Origin: an uncultured virus (IMG/VR IMGVR_UViG_3300047474_000681)
Taxonomy: Duplodnaviria > Heunggongvirae > Uroviricota > Caudoviricetes
IMG/VR virus record: IMGVR_UViG_3300047474_000681
Strand: one strand, 5' to 3'
Length of the DNA stretch: 60,264 bases
The notes beneath the pieces are model-generated. The model saw nothing but the letters and a program-made list of their open reading frames with translations, had not been told where the DNA came from and made no database searches. Made by a program: the position numbers and the translations under genes. Below, in pieces: positions 9,088 through 19,352 of this stretch (position 1 is its first letter; each line of letters begins with the position of its first letter).

Positions 9088-12000
9088 ATGGCAAAAACAC
9101 AAGTAAAAAATTATAAATTTACCCCAGGACTCGGTACTGAAGGAAATCTGTACCCGAATGCATATGCTCTACTAAATGCTAACAAAGCATTTTTGCAAGC
9201 AGAAAGCACAGCATACATTAACAAAGAAATTGCTGACACAGCTAAATGTAAACGGGATATAGGATATATAATCGACGGTACAGCATTTGATGTTGCACTA
9301 AATACAAACTTTAATGCATTATTTTTAGGTAGAGCTGAAGGTTACTCTATCGATAATTCAGAAACAGTTTTTAGAACAATTGATAGAGCATTAAATCATA
9401 TGCTGTTGATTCCTCAAGTAGCTGCTGATACTTCAGCAAAGGCAAGAGTAAAATCATCCGTTATTGAAATTAAAAATATTATGAGAACTGGCACAGCTAG
9501 TGCCCTTTCAGTTACTAATCCAACAAATGCAACAGCAAGTAAAATTGCTGCAAAAGATAGACTTATAGCAAACGCAACGTTTTTAAGAGACGAAGTTTTA
9601 GCATGGACACTTGTAAACTATCCTTCGTATGACGTTAACGCAGCTTATGGTTTAACAAAAGGTTCAACTGATGTAAAGTATGCTATTGAAGCAGCAATAT
9701 ATGATATTCTTTATGGCGGAAATAGTGCAAGTTTTGATAGTGCAAAGTTATTTCCAAATTCATCTGACCCTGCTGCATCAATAACAGGCGATCATCAAGA
9801 CGCAGTAGTTGCAGGTTATGGTAGATTAAAAACAATCATTGCTCAAGTTGTAACAGGTTCTACTGTAACAGTTAGCACTGGAAACAGTACTGCACAAGTA
9901 ACATCAGGATCAAATGCAGACGCAGGTGAAGGAACAACACTTACTGGATTAATTGACATCATGTCAGATGTTATTGAAACAGGAGTAGCAACTTTAGATC
10001 TATTAACTAGAACAGTGCCTAGTGTTGGGTGGGTTACAAACGTACTGCAACAAGCTAAAAATTCTATTATGAACAACAAGAATAAAATTGTTAGCGAAGT
10101 AACATGGGAAACTGGATACACATATAATCAAGCAAAGTGTGAAAGAGATGTAGGTTATATTATTGATTCTTATTTGCACGATATCCGTTATGGTGGCAAT
10201 GAAAGCATTACTAAATCAATAAGTTACTATTGGGATCAAGGTGTTGCACAAGTTGACGGAAATAGAATACCAGAAATTGACACACATGCATTTTTGCAAG
10301 ATTTAATTAGAGATTACATTCTTTATAACACAGCATGGACCGCACAAAATGAAGTAGGTGTAACACAAACTATAGATACATCAACACCTGCAGAAACAAC
10401 ACATTATACGCCTACTGATGCTACATATACGCCTTCAACAGGTATTATGACTTTAGAGATTGGTACGCACACACTTCAAGCTGATGATGAAATTATTATT
10501 AGACCAGATGGAATAACATTTACTTGTGCATTAGATGGTAATGCTACATTACATCCTTATCCACGCAGAGCAGGTGTTCCTAATGAATTGCAGCGTGATC
10601 CATATTTTAATAAACCAATTACTATTACTGGCGTCACTGCAACATCTATTACAATGAATGTAGGTATAAGTTCTGATACTTCATTACATACATTTTCAAG
10701 TGCAGTAACAGGAGCAGTGATTGCTGGCGCAAGTATGCGAGCTGTAACACTTTCACAAAACACTGTTGATGTTCTTACTAACGGAATTACTAGCCTTCCT
10801 ACAGCAGAAACAACAGGTTTAGGTAATATTAAAATTCAAGGTAGATATACTTCGGACGAATTATTGCTTGTTACTAACACAACTAAAAATGAAATAATTT
10901 ATAATTTTAGTGACCCCGAAGCCGGTGCAGAATGTGTTATTAAAGATCATGGCAGCGACGATGATTTTCCAAAGTATTTACAAACAACTGATGCTGTAAC
11001 TACTATTAATTTAAAATACAATACAACTACACATTCAACAACTGACGATCTACAAATTTTTGTAGAAAAAATGGAAAATGGAAAAAGTGTAGTAACACAA
11101 CGACCATATGATTTTGGAACAGATGCAATTGAACGTATGCGTATTGCTCCTCCATTAAGTATGCTTGATGCTGACTTTGAATACGGCTTACAGCCTACTA
11201 AATGGTCTGCAATTTCTATGATGCGCGGATATCCAAGTGTATATGAAATTCCAGGAACAGATACAAGTGTTCTAAGTGTTGTAACTGACGCAAGTACAGG
11301 AACAGACGGTATTGGTGCTTCGCTAATTACAGTTACAACAGTATCAGCACACGGATTTGACGTAGGTACACCTATTACAATTAAAGCTCTTGAAACATCT
11401 GTTGCAGGCGCTGCACGAGCTGAAGGTTCGTTTGTTATTATTAGTGTACCAACTAATTTAAGTTTCCAGTACTATGCTAAATCAAAAGTAGGAACAGCAG
11501 ACGGTCAGCAATTAGCAGCCGGTTATACTCAACTAAGAAAAGGTGGTTTTTATACCGGAGCAGGAATTGACGGCGCAGAATTTGATGTATTAAGTAACGG
11601 TTCTTCGGGTGCAATGGTGTCTGAGCTAATAGTCCAAACCGGAGCAAATACTATTCCGTTTGACGGTAATTCACCTGAAGTTGGTTCACCTTTAACAAGT
11701 CCTCTTATTCCAGTAGGTTCACAGGTTACTAATATTATTGATAACAGTGCAGGCGGTGGCGAGTACTTAACATTAAATATTGGATCCAATGCTAATATTG
11801 GAGATACAGATATACTATTGTTTGATGCAACCGGTGTTGTTCCAAACCTAGCATTAGATAGAGGCGATGGTGTAGCAACATTTATTAACAATGTTGTAGG
11901 AAGTACAGTTTCATTAAGTAGTGCATTAACTGCACCACTTGTGTCAAATACAAAAACATATCCAATATTAACCCCAACAACAGTTCAGCCTATTGGTACT

Positions 12001-15000
12001 GGTGCGTTGCTTGATATACAAAGATCCGGCGGATCTTATTCTCTATCAGCAATTGATTTAGCAGGTCTTAATTATGAGGTAGGTGATGCATTTAAAATTG
12101 ACGGAACTGAATTAGGTGGTGCAACTGGCACCAATGATATGTTTGGTACAGTTGATAGTATTACAGCAACTGGCGGTATTGCAACAGTAACACTTACAGG
12201 TACAGCAGTTGCAGGCACAGCAAACTATACAGCATTAGATGCAACTCTAGTAGGCGGCGTTGGTATTAATCCGCCAGAATTTACAGTAACACTATCTGGT
12301 AACACATATACTTCAGTTGGCGTTGAAGGTACTCCGCCAAATATTTCAGAAAACTTTGTAGTTAACGACAGACTAAGAATTTTAGGTAGTACATTTGCTG
12401 GCGGCGTTGACGGTACTAACGACTTAATTATAAAAGTTACGGGAATTACTACAGGAGCCGGCGGTGAAACAGGAAATATCGATACTATAGTAGTTGAAAG
12501 CGGTGTTGCACCAGACGTTGATGCGTTGTTTGCTTCTGTACCTTATACATACACTAATGGTTCGGGTGGCGCAGATGCAGTAATTGATATTAGAATGCAA
12601 GGAACAACTTACAGTGTAATTGTTACTACTCCAGGTACTGGTTATAGTATTGGAGACCAATTTACAGTTGCAGCGGCAGAAATTGGTGGAGGCACCGATG
12701 CTGTAGTTACAATTGACAATGTTGGCGGAACAGGCGATATTACTGCTGCTAGTGTTACAGGCACTGGTTCAAATACTGGTGATACAACAGATGCAACAGG
12801 CACAGTTATTTTAGGTACTGGAGCATTATTTGATATTGCTCTTACACCAAGCAACTATGCAGTTACATTAAACACTGGCGGACTTAACTTCTTTGTAGAT
12901 CAAGAACTTAAAATATTAGGTACAGATCTACAAGGTCAAACGCCAGCAAATGACATTACTATTACAGTAACAAGTGTAAGCGGCACTGGCGCAATTACAG
13001 GATTTAGTAGTTCAGGTACAGCAACAAGTGGAACAGAAACTTATTTAGGTTTATTGCCAACCAACGTTAATAGACCGGGCGCCGGCGCTGAATTTAGTGT
13101 TCAGCGAATAAACGGCGGCTACGCAGAAATAGACGGTGACGGCGGAACACAATATGAAATAGGTGATGTATTAATACTTAATGGTAGTGATATGGACGGT
13201 GTAAATGGCACCAATGATATTACTATCACAGTTACAGGTGTTGATACTCTATCTAATAATGCATTAACAACATTTACAACAACACAACAGCCAGCAAATC
13301 CAGGCTCACAAGTTCCGTTAATATCAACATTTACAATGACAGAAGCAACAACAGGGCAAATGGCTGCAAACACAGCAATTACGTTTAGTGCTATTGCAAC
13401 ATTAGAAGTTACATTCCCTGCTGCACACGGACTTGTGCCTGGCGATACGTTTATTACAGCAACATCAACAGATGACGGAACAAACAATCATGATCTTGCA
13501 GACGGAGCATTCCTTGTTACTAATATTCCGGCAATAGATAAACTAAGATATACTGCTAGAGCAGCAGGAACAATTACAACAGATGCTACTGATCCGATCA
13601 ATGGCGTAATATATGCAAGGCCAGACAGCTTCTTTGTTCACAGACCATTTGATGGCGGTGTGCAGTTAGGAACAGGCGGTCCACAGCATGGCGCACAAGC
13701 AATACGTCAAAGTAAAAAATATATTCGTTACCAATCAGGTAAGGGTATTATGTATACAACTGGTGCGCTATTTGCTCCAAGTTACGATCTTTCAACTATA
13801 TCGGCAGCTGGAACAGAACTTAATTCGTTAATTACTATTACAACAGATGATAACGATCACGGCGTACAAGCAGGTGGTATAATTAGATTGTTAGGTGTAG
13901 AAACACCGGGATATAATTCAGGAGTTAATCCAGAAGTACCTCCAGGATTTGATTACACAGTTGAAGAAGTATTAAGTGAACGTTCATTTACAGTTAGATC
14001 AAAACGCAGATTAGGCGACACTACAGAAATTGTTTTAAACTCGCCGACTAATACGTCACCACTAGTTGTTGCATTTGATGAAGCAGCAGGTGGAACTAAC
14101 ACTAATGACATACACGATTTCTTTATCAACGAGACTGCACCAGATGGATATGCGTGGGGCGATATTAACAACTCAGGAAGCTTCACTGTAGATGATACTA
14201 ACGATCTTATAAATTATTTAGACGGTGTTTCACAAGCTGAATCGTTATCTACAAGAATTGCAGATACTCTTGCAGAACTTAAGAAAAGAAGAAATACAGC
14301 CGTAGTTGAAGATACTATTGGAGCATTTAAACAAGAAGCCAACATTGGTTTTGGCGCACAAATGAGTGTTGTTGCATGGCACGGCGCAACTGTACGTTCA
14401 GGCATCTTTGACGATCAAAACGGTATTTTCTGGGAATTCGACGGTACTAACGTTAGTGTTAATCAACGTACTGGTACTCAGCAGGTAGCTGGAACTATTG
14501 CAATTGAAGTTGACGGGAATCTAGTAACAGGAACAAACACAAGATTCCGCGATCAGTTAACAGCAGGTGATAGAGTTATTATCAAAGGTATGACACACGT
14601 GGTAACAAATGTTACTAGCCAAACATCTTGTACTGTTACGCCTGACTTTAGAGGTGTAACTCCTGCTACTGGTGCAAAAATGAATCTAGTTATTGATAAG
14701 AAAGTTAAGTCAGCTGACTTTAATCTAGACACATTGGATGGCACCGGACCAAGTGGTTATGACATTGACATTGCTAAAATGCAAATGATTGGTATTCAAT
14801 ACAGTTGGTATGGTGCTGGTTTTATTGACTTTATGCTACGTGGACAAGATGGTAACTTTATATTCTGTCACAGAATGCGTAACTCAAACGTAAACACAGA
14901 AGCATTTATGCGTTCAGGTAACTTGCCTGTGCGTTATGAAGTTACTAACGAAGGACCTCCGGGCAAACTAGCAGCAGATTTGGATGCAAGTGCAACTACT

Positions 15001-16395
15001 TTAGAACTAGTGGACGGAAGTTTCTTCCCAGAATACGGCACTGTTTATATTGATAATGAAATTATTACGTTTAGTGGACGTTCTTCAAATCATCTAACTG
15101 GTTTAACAAGAGGAACAACATTAACTAACTTCCAAGCAGGCGCCGAACGTACTTATAGCGCAGGCGGAGCTGTCCCGCATGAGGCAAGAACTGGCGTAAT
15201 ATTAATTAGTAATACAATTACTCCTTTAATTAGTCACTGGGGTTCGGCGTTCTTAACAGACGGCGGATTTGATGAAGATAGAGGATATATCTTCTCATAT
15301 GCAGAACCAGGAATTGAGGTTAGTACTACTAAACAAACAGCGTTTATGATTAGACTAGCACCTAGTGTATCAAACGCAATTATTGGAGACTTAGGTGAAA
15401 GAGAACTACTAAACAGAGCACAATTGTTGCTACAAGGTCTTGAAGTTACATCAGACGGTGTTGATACTGGAAATAGTAATGCACCAATAACTGGCGGTAT
15501 TGTTGTTGAAGGTGTACTTAACCCGCAAAACTATCCAATCAATCCAAACGATGTTGGTTGGACAACATTGAGCGGTGTTGCGCAAGGTGGTCAGCCTAGC
15601 TTTGCCCAAGTTGCTGCTGGTGGTTCTGTTGTATGGTCATCAGGTGATGCTGCTACTACAGCAACAGCTACAGCAGTTGGTAGTTTATCATTTACTGTAA
15701 ATACATTTTATAGTACTTGGAGACGAGGTAACTATCTATATCTAAACAAATCACAATATGAATCAAATGGTCCTATTGTAGTTGGTGCTACAGTTACTGG
15801 CAGCAACATACGGAGCGGTACAACTATTACTTCTGTAGATGAAAACAACAGCAATTACGTTTTTGTTAGACTGTCTCAAAATGTTCAAAACACTGTAGGC
15901 TCTGGTCAGACTATGACATTTACGTTTAATCAATCACTTGTAGGCAGAAACTTTGCATATCTTAGTAAATCAGAAGTTGATAGTGCAGGAGTTAAGCAAG
16001 GTACAAATCTAAGTAACGGCGGCACAGTAACTTTCCCTGCTAACACACAGGTTAACAGTATAACTCCTAAACAACATGGATCTACTGAATTTTATGAAAT
16101 ACAGTTTAACAATTCGTTTAGTGGAACACTAACAGCAGGTAGTGGTACAGTAGAATTTACATTCGTTCAACCACCCTATGCACAACCAGGTGAAACTGTG
16201 TTCTCCTTTATTGCAACACCAGGAGAACGTGCAACTGTTGACTTTAGTGAATTGAAAGAGCTTACAAACACTACGCTAGGTGGACGAGGAACATTCCCAA
16301 ATGGTCCAGACGTACTTGCTATTAATGTGTATAAAGTGGGCGGTACAAATGTTGAAGCTAACTTGATTCTTAAATGGGGTGAAGCGCAAGCCTAA
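9088..16395 (+). CDS. Giant (2435 aa) modular virion structural protein
   Basis: Thr/Gly-rich beta repeats (G..Y.VGD...I.G..LGG....ND..ITV), N-terminal KCxRD helical repeats, DADFEYGLQPTKW block, dockerin-like insert. Confidence 0.75.
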   Translation: MAKTQVKNYKFTPGLGTEGNLYPNAYALLNANKAFLQAESTAYINKEIADTAKCKRDIGYIIDGTAFDVALNTNFNALFLGRAEGYSIDNSETVFRTIDRALNHMLLIPQVAADTSAKARVKSSVIEIKNIMRTGTASALSVTNPTNATASKIAAKDRLIANATFLRDEVLAWTLVNYPSYDVNAAYGLTKGSTDVKYAIEAAIYDILYGGNSASFDSAKLFPNSSDPAASITGDHQDAVVAGYGRLKTIIAQVVTGSTVTVSTGNSTAQVTSGSNADAGEGTTLTGLIDIMSDVIETGVATLDLLTRTVPSVGWVTNVLQQAKNSIMNNKNKIVSEVTWETGYTYNQAKCERDVGYIIDSYLHDIRYGGNESITKSISYYWDQGVAQVDGNRIPEIDTHAFLQDLIRDYILYNTAWTAQNEVGVTQTIDTSTPAETTHYTPTDATYTPSTGIMTLEIGTHTLQADDEIIIRPDGITFTCALDGNATLHPYPRRAGVPNELQRDPYFNKPITITGVTATSITMNVGISSDTSLHTFSSAVTGAVIAGASMRAVTLSQNTVDVLTNGITSLPTAETTGLGNIKIQGRYTSDELLLVTNTTKNEIIYNFSDPEAGAECVIKDHGSDDDFPKYLQTTDAVTTINLKYNTTTHSTTDDLQIFVEKMENGKSVVTQRPYDFGTDAIERMRIAPPLSMLDADFEYGLQPTKWSAISMMRGYPSVYEIPGTDTSVLSVVTDASTGTDGIGASLITVTTVSAHGFDVGTPITIKALETSVAGAARAEGSFVIISVPTNLSFQYYAKSKVGTADGQQLAAGYTQLRKGGFYTGAGIDGAEFDVLSNGSSGAMVSELIVQTGANTIPFDGNSPEVGSPLTSPLIPVGSQVTNIIDNSAGGGEYLTLNIGSNANIGDTDILLFDATGVVPNLALDRGDGVATFINNVVGSTVSLSSALTAPLVSNTKTYPILTPTTVQPIGTGALLDIQRSGGSYSLSAIDLAGLNYEVGDAFKIDGTELGGATGTNDMFGTVDSITATGGIATVTLTGTAVAGTANYTALDATLVGGVGINPPEFTVTLSGNTYTSVGVEGTPPNISENFVVNDRLRILGSTFAGGVDGTNDLIIKVTGITTGAGGETGNIDTIVVESGVAPDVDALFASVPYTYTNGSGGADAVIDIRMQGTTYSVIVTTPGTGYSIGDQFTVAAAEIGGGTDAVVTIDNVGGTGDITAASVTGTGSNTGDTTDATGTVILGTGALFDIALTPSNYAVTLNTGGLNFFVDQELKILGTDLQGQTPANDITITVTSVSGTGAITGFSSSGTATSGTETYLGLLPTNVNRPGAGAEFSVQRINGGYAEIDGDGGTQYEIGDVLILNGSDMDGVNGTNDITITVTGVDTLSNNALTTFTTTQQPANPGSQVPLISTFTMTEATTGQMAANTAITFSAIATLEVTFPAAHGLVPGDTFITATSTDDGTNNHDLADGAFLVTNIPAIDKLRYTARAAGTITTDATDPINGVIYARPDSFFVHRPFDGGVQLGTGGPQHGAQAIRQSKKYIRYQSGKGIMYTTGALFAPSYDLSTISAAGTELNSLITITTDDNDHGVQAGGIIRLLGVETPGYNSGVNPEVPPGFDYTVEEVLSERSFTVRSKRRLGDTTEIVLNSPTNTSPLVVAFDEAAGGTNTNDIHDFFINETAPDGYAWGDINNSGSFTVDDTNDLINYLDGVSQAESLSTRIADTLAELKKRRNTAVVEDTIGAFKQEANIGFGAQMSVVAWHGATVRSGIFDDQNGIFWEFDGTNVSVNQRTGTQQVAGTIAIEVDGNLVTGTNTRFRDQLTAGDRVIIKGMTHVVTNVTSQTSCTVTPDFRGVTPATGAKMNLVIDKKVKSADFNLDTLDGTGPSGYDIDIAKMQMIGIQYSWYGAGFIDFMLRGQDGNFIFCHRMRNSNVNTEAFMRSGNLPVRYEVTNEGPPGKLAADLDASATTLELVDGSFFPEYGTVYIDNEIITFSGRSSNHLTGLTRGTTLTNFQAGAERTYSAGGAVPHEARTGVILISNTITPLISHWGSAFLTDGGFDEDRGYIFSYAEPGIEVSTTKQTAFMIRLAPSVSNAIIGDLGERELLNRAQLLLQGLEVTSDGVDTGNSNAPITGGIVVEGVLNPQNYPINPNDVGWTTLSGVAQGGQPSFAQVAAGGSVVWSSGDAATTATATAVGSLSFTVNTFYSTWRRGNYLYLNKSQYESNGPIVVGATVTGSNIRSGTTITSVDENNSNYVFVRLSQNVQNTVGSGQTMTFTFNQSLVGRNFAYLSKSEVDSAGVKQGTNLSNGGTVTFPANTQVNSITPKQHGSTEFYEIQFNNSFSGTLTAGSGTVEFTFVQPPYAQPGETVFSFIATPGERATVDFSELKELTNTTLGGRGTFPNGPDVLAINVYKVGGTNVEANLILKWGEAQA

Positions 16396-16988
16396 AGGGC
16401 TTGTGCAACGTCCCAAAGACTATCAAATATTCGAGTTTTCTTTTTAAGTTTGTTATAAGTAAAACGAGTATTAAGCAGTTTTTCAGTTTCTAATCCGTAT
16501 CCAGTACGCACTAGTATAGGCTTTGCGCCTATTTTATCTGCTGCTTTTAGATCAGAAAGTTTATCACCAATGTATATGCCTTTAGAAAAATTAACATTAG
16601 GTATTTCATCTTGGGCACGTTCAAACATTCCTATATTAGGTTTAGCAAAAAAATCATGTTTTAAACTACTAGAGCTATGATACAATCCGTCAATACTTGG
16701 ACATCCTACTTTTCCTAAAAGGTCAAACATGTGTTTGTGGACTTCATTTACTTGTGTCTCTGTAAGTACACCCTTTTGTATTCCGCCTTGATTTGTAATA
16801 ATTACAATTTGATGACCTTTAGATCGTATTAATGCAATTGCTTCTAAACTTTTTTCTATAGGAATAAAATCTTGAGATTTAGTAACATATGTTCCAAGAT
16901 CTTTATTGATTACTCCGTCGCGATCTAAACCAACAACGTATTTGGTATAACTATTCTGTTGCTGTACTGGCTTCTGGAATCGGCTCAT
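16392..16988 (-). CDS. gmhB: D,D-heptose 1,7-bisphosphate phosphatase (HAD family)
   Basis: LDRDGVIN, ITNQGGI, KPNIGM, IGDKLSDLKAA, LVRTGYG; start reassigned to ATG 16988 (MSRFQ). Confidence 0.88.
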   Translation of the reverse strand: MSRFQKPVQQQNSYTKYVVGLDRDGVINKDLGTYVTKSQDFIPIEKSLEAIALIRSKGHQIVIITNQGGIQKGVLTETQVNEVHKHMFDLLGKVGCPSIDGLYHSSSSLKHDFFAKPNIGMFERAQDEIPNVNFSKGIYIGDKLSDLKAADKIGAKPILVRTGYGLETEKLLNTRFTYNKLKKKTRIFDSLWDVAQAL

Positions 16989-17370
16989 TGTTTTCTCTTT
17001 GACTGTCACCTGGCGCAACTCGATAGTTATCTTCAACACTATCAGGTGTGCTTACTTCTGTAATACTACTTCCTGCTGTAATAGCAATTAGTTGGTGTGG
17101 CTGTAATGGAGGATTATGCCATGTATCGCCTGCTTTAAGCTCTCTTTCATCCCATTTAGCAGTTTTAGTATCAATCCATTTTACTAAAAATCTACCATTG
17201 TTTACAAACCAAGTTTCATCTTTTTCTCGGTGAAAATGCATACTAAATCGAGCGCCCGCTTTTTGGAAAACCATAAGTTTCCCACAATATTTGTCATTAG
17301 TTGCCCAGATTAATTCGTAACCCCATCCTTTTTCTACAACGCCATTTAATCGAGTAGTTTCACTTTCCAT
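16951..17370 (-). CDS. Cupin-fold sugar isomerase-like protein
   Basis: KGWGYELIW, YCGK, SMHFHREKDETW, PHQL, EVSTPD. Confidence 0.7.
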   Translation of the reverse strand: MESETTRLNGVVEKGWGYELIWATNDKYCGKLMVFQKAGARFSMHFHREKDETWFVNNGRFLVKWIDTKTAKWDERELKAGDTWHNPPLQPHQLIAITAGSSITEVSTPDSVEDNYRVAPGDSQRENNEPIPEASTATE

Positions 17371-18178
17371 TAATATAATCCTCTATATTTGTCCAATTCA
17401 TATCTATTACAGAATTTAATTTATCTATATTAGCACATGTATAACTTTGGTATTGCGACTTTAAATTTTCTGGCATTGGGATATATTCAATTTGTCCGCC
17501 AAGTTTGTTAACAATAGTTTGTGCTACTGTTTCAAAACTTACTGGACGTCCTGTGCCTACATTGTAAATGTCTGTAGCATCTACATTTAACATTAGTTCG
17601 TGTACTTTACATATGTCTTCTACACATACAAAATCTCTAAGATAGTTATTACTATCTTCAAATAATTTAATTACACCGTTGTCTTTAGCTTGATATGCAA
17701 ATTTAGTATAAGGACTTGCTTGATCACCTTTGTGTTCTTCGCCTTCTCCGTACACATTAAAGTAACGGAAGCCTTGCACTAAGATACCGAATTCGTCCTT
17801 GTATTGTGTAATATATCTATCAAACAAATATTTTGACCATGCATACGGCGACTGCGGCAATAAAGGACCATCTTCAGTAAAATGTGTAGTAGGTCCGTAT
17901 ACACTTGCACTAGATGCATATTGTAAATTAGTACCAAAGTTTTCACACACTTGTGCAAGCCTAATACTAAATTCAAAATTTTGTTCTAGTATTTGATTTA
18001 CATCAGTAAAAGTAGTTGAACTAATTGCACCTAAATGTATACACCAATCGTAGTCTTCTGTACTAGGAATGATACCAGGCTGCCATTCCCATCCTTCTAC
18101 ATCATGTCCTTGACGCTGCAAATACATTGCTAGATTTCTTCCAATAAATCCTTTATATCCAGTTATTAATATTCTCAT
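17360..18178 (-). CDS. hldD: ADP-L-glycero-D-manno-heptose 6-epimerase
   Basis: TGYKGFIG, HLGAISST, YASSASVYG, YAWSK, FRYFNVYG.E.HKG, RDFVCVED, YQSYTCA. Confidence 0.92.
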   Translation of the reverse strand: MRILITGYKGFIGRNLAMYLQRQGHDVEGWEWQPGIIPSTEDYDWCIHLGAISSTTFTDVNQILEQNFEFSIRLAQVCENFGTNLQYASSASVYGPTTHFTEDGPLLPQSPYAWSKYLFDRYITQYKDEFGILVQGFRYFNVYGEGEEHKGDQASPYTKFAYQAKDNGVIKLFEDSNNYLRDFVCVEDICKVHELMLNVDATDIYNVGTGRPVSFETVAQTIVNKLGGQIEYIPMPENLKSQYQSYTCANIDKLNSVIDMNWTNIEDYINGK

Positions 18179-19317
18179 TTGCTATTCTCTATAATTTGTG
18201 TTGTTGAGTATCCGTCTACTGTAGGTATAATATGCACATCAGTTAAATCATGTCCTACAACAGTTTCAACAGTATAATCTCCGCCTTTTACAATTAAGTT
18301 AGGCTGTATATGTTTAATTAACTCATAAGGAGTATCTTGTTCAAAAACGTGAACTTCATCTACCCAAGGTAGTATAGATATCTGTTCAACACGTTTTTCT
18401 ATATTGTTTATTGGACGGGCGTTGCCTTTTAGGCGCTTTACGCTTGCATCTGAATTAAGCCCAACTACAAGTTTGTCGCCTAAACTACGTGCTTCTTTTA
18501 ATAAATTAAAATGTCCTGTGTGCATAATATCAAACACACCGTTTGTAAAGATTACACGTTCTTCAATATCACTGTGTGTAAGTATATGTGTACCTACGTG
18601 CTGTACTGCACGTCTAGATCCTTTAATAGCAAGTTCTAAACATTGCGTATAATCATAATTCTTAGTTAAACCGTATACAAATGCAGCTAAGAAACAATCA
18701 CCTGCGCCAGTAACATCTGATACTTCTACTTGTGCAACAGGCAGATTATACTCAACACCATCTATACTAGCAAGTACATTATCACCAGCATTAGTAGTAA
18801 TAATATTTCCTTGCCACTGACAAAACCCAAACTTAGTAAATTCACTGTTATTAGGTTTTACTAACCATGCGTCTTTATATTGAGTTGCATGTTCTTTAGG
18901 ATCTACAATTACCTTACAGCCAAATGTGTTTAGATATTTAATAATCTCTATCGACTCATCTAATGTACCTTTGTTGTAATCACTTAGAATAACATATTCG
19001 TATTGTTCTAGATTAGGTTGACGTTTGATAGCTCTCAATACTTCGTCACCATTTGCATTTTTATCATCATCTATTCGTGTGATATAATGTCCGTCACATA
19101 TAATGCGTGTTTTTATACTGTGTGGCTGATTTGTTTCAACTAACTCAACATCAACACCTAAACTTTTAAGATTTTCATATACAAGTCCTGCACCGCCAAG
19201 TGTTTCAACTTCACGTTTATATGTTACAACAGGAACAGGAGCCTCAGGACTAATACGTGAACTAGTACCGTAAATATATTTGTCGATGATTATGTCACCA
19301 AGAACTAAGACTTTCAT
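18175..19317 (-). CDS. hldE: Bifunctional heptose-7-phosphate kinase / heptose-1-phosphate adenylyltransferase
   Basis: RISPEAPVPV, LSDYNKG, DVTGAGD (PfkB kinase), then FTNGVFDIMHTGH, GLNSDASVKRLKG..RP, KGGDY, GYSTT. Confidence 0.95.
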   Translation of the reverse strand: MKVLVLGDIIIDKYIYGTSSRISPEAPVPVVTYKREVETLGGAGLVYENLKSLGVDVELVETNQPHSIKTRIICDGHYITRIDDDKNANGDEVLRAIKRQPNLEQYEYVILSDYNKGTLDESIEIIKYLNTFGCKVIVDPKEHATQYKDAWLVKPNNSEFTKFGFCQWQGNIITTNAGDNVLASIDGVEYNLPVAQVEVSDVTGAGDCFLAAFVYGLTKNYDYTQCLELAIKGSRRAVQHVGTHILTHSDIEERVIFTNGVFDIMHTGHFNLLKEARSLGDKLVVGLNSDASVKRLKGNARPINNIEKRVEQISILPWVDEVHVFEQDTPYELIKHIQPNLIVKGGDYTVETVVGHDLTDVHIIPTVDGYSTTQIIENSK

Positions 19318-19323
19318 AACTTT

Positions 19324-19352
19324 ATTATACTTTCTTTTAAGCTATTTGTCAA
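19324..19352 (-). promoter_or_regulatory. Consensus sigma70 promoter, probably leaderless, for the heptose operon
   Basis: TTGACA(19352-47)-17 nt-TATAAT(19329-24)-6 nt-ATG(19317); no SD. Confidence 0.8.

Noticed and set aside
9843..14744. Many 60-120-aa minus-strand ORFs inside the giant gene, and similar ones inside the sheath and other long genes
   Set aside because: Antisense shadows of codon-biased real genes; no SD, promoter or recognisable motifs
16392..19317. Host chromosomal LPS genes indicating a prophage boundary or chimeric contig
   Set aside because: The genes are compact, interleaved with virion genes, share the phage promoter architecture, and no integrase or att site is seen
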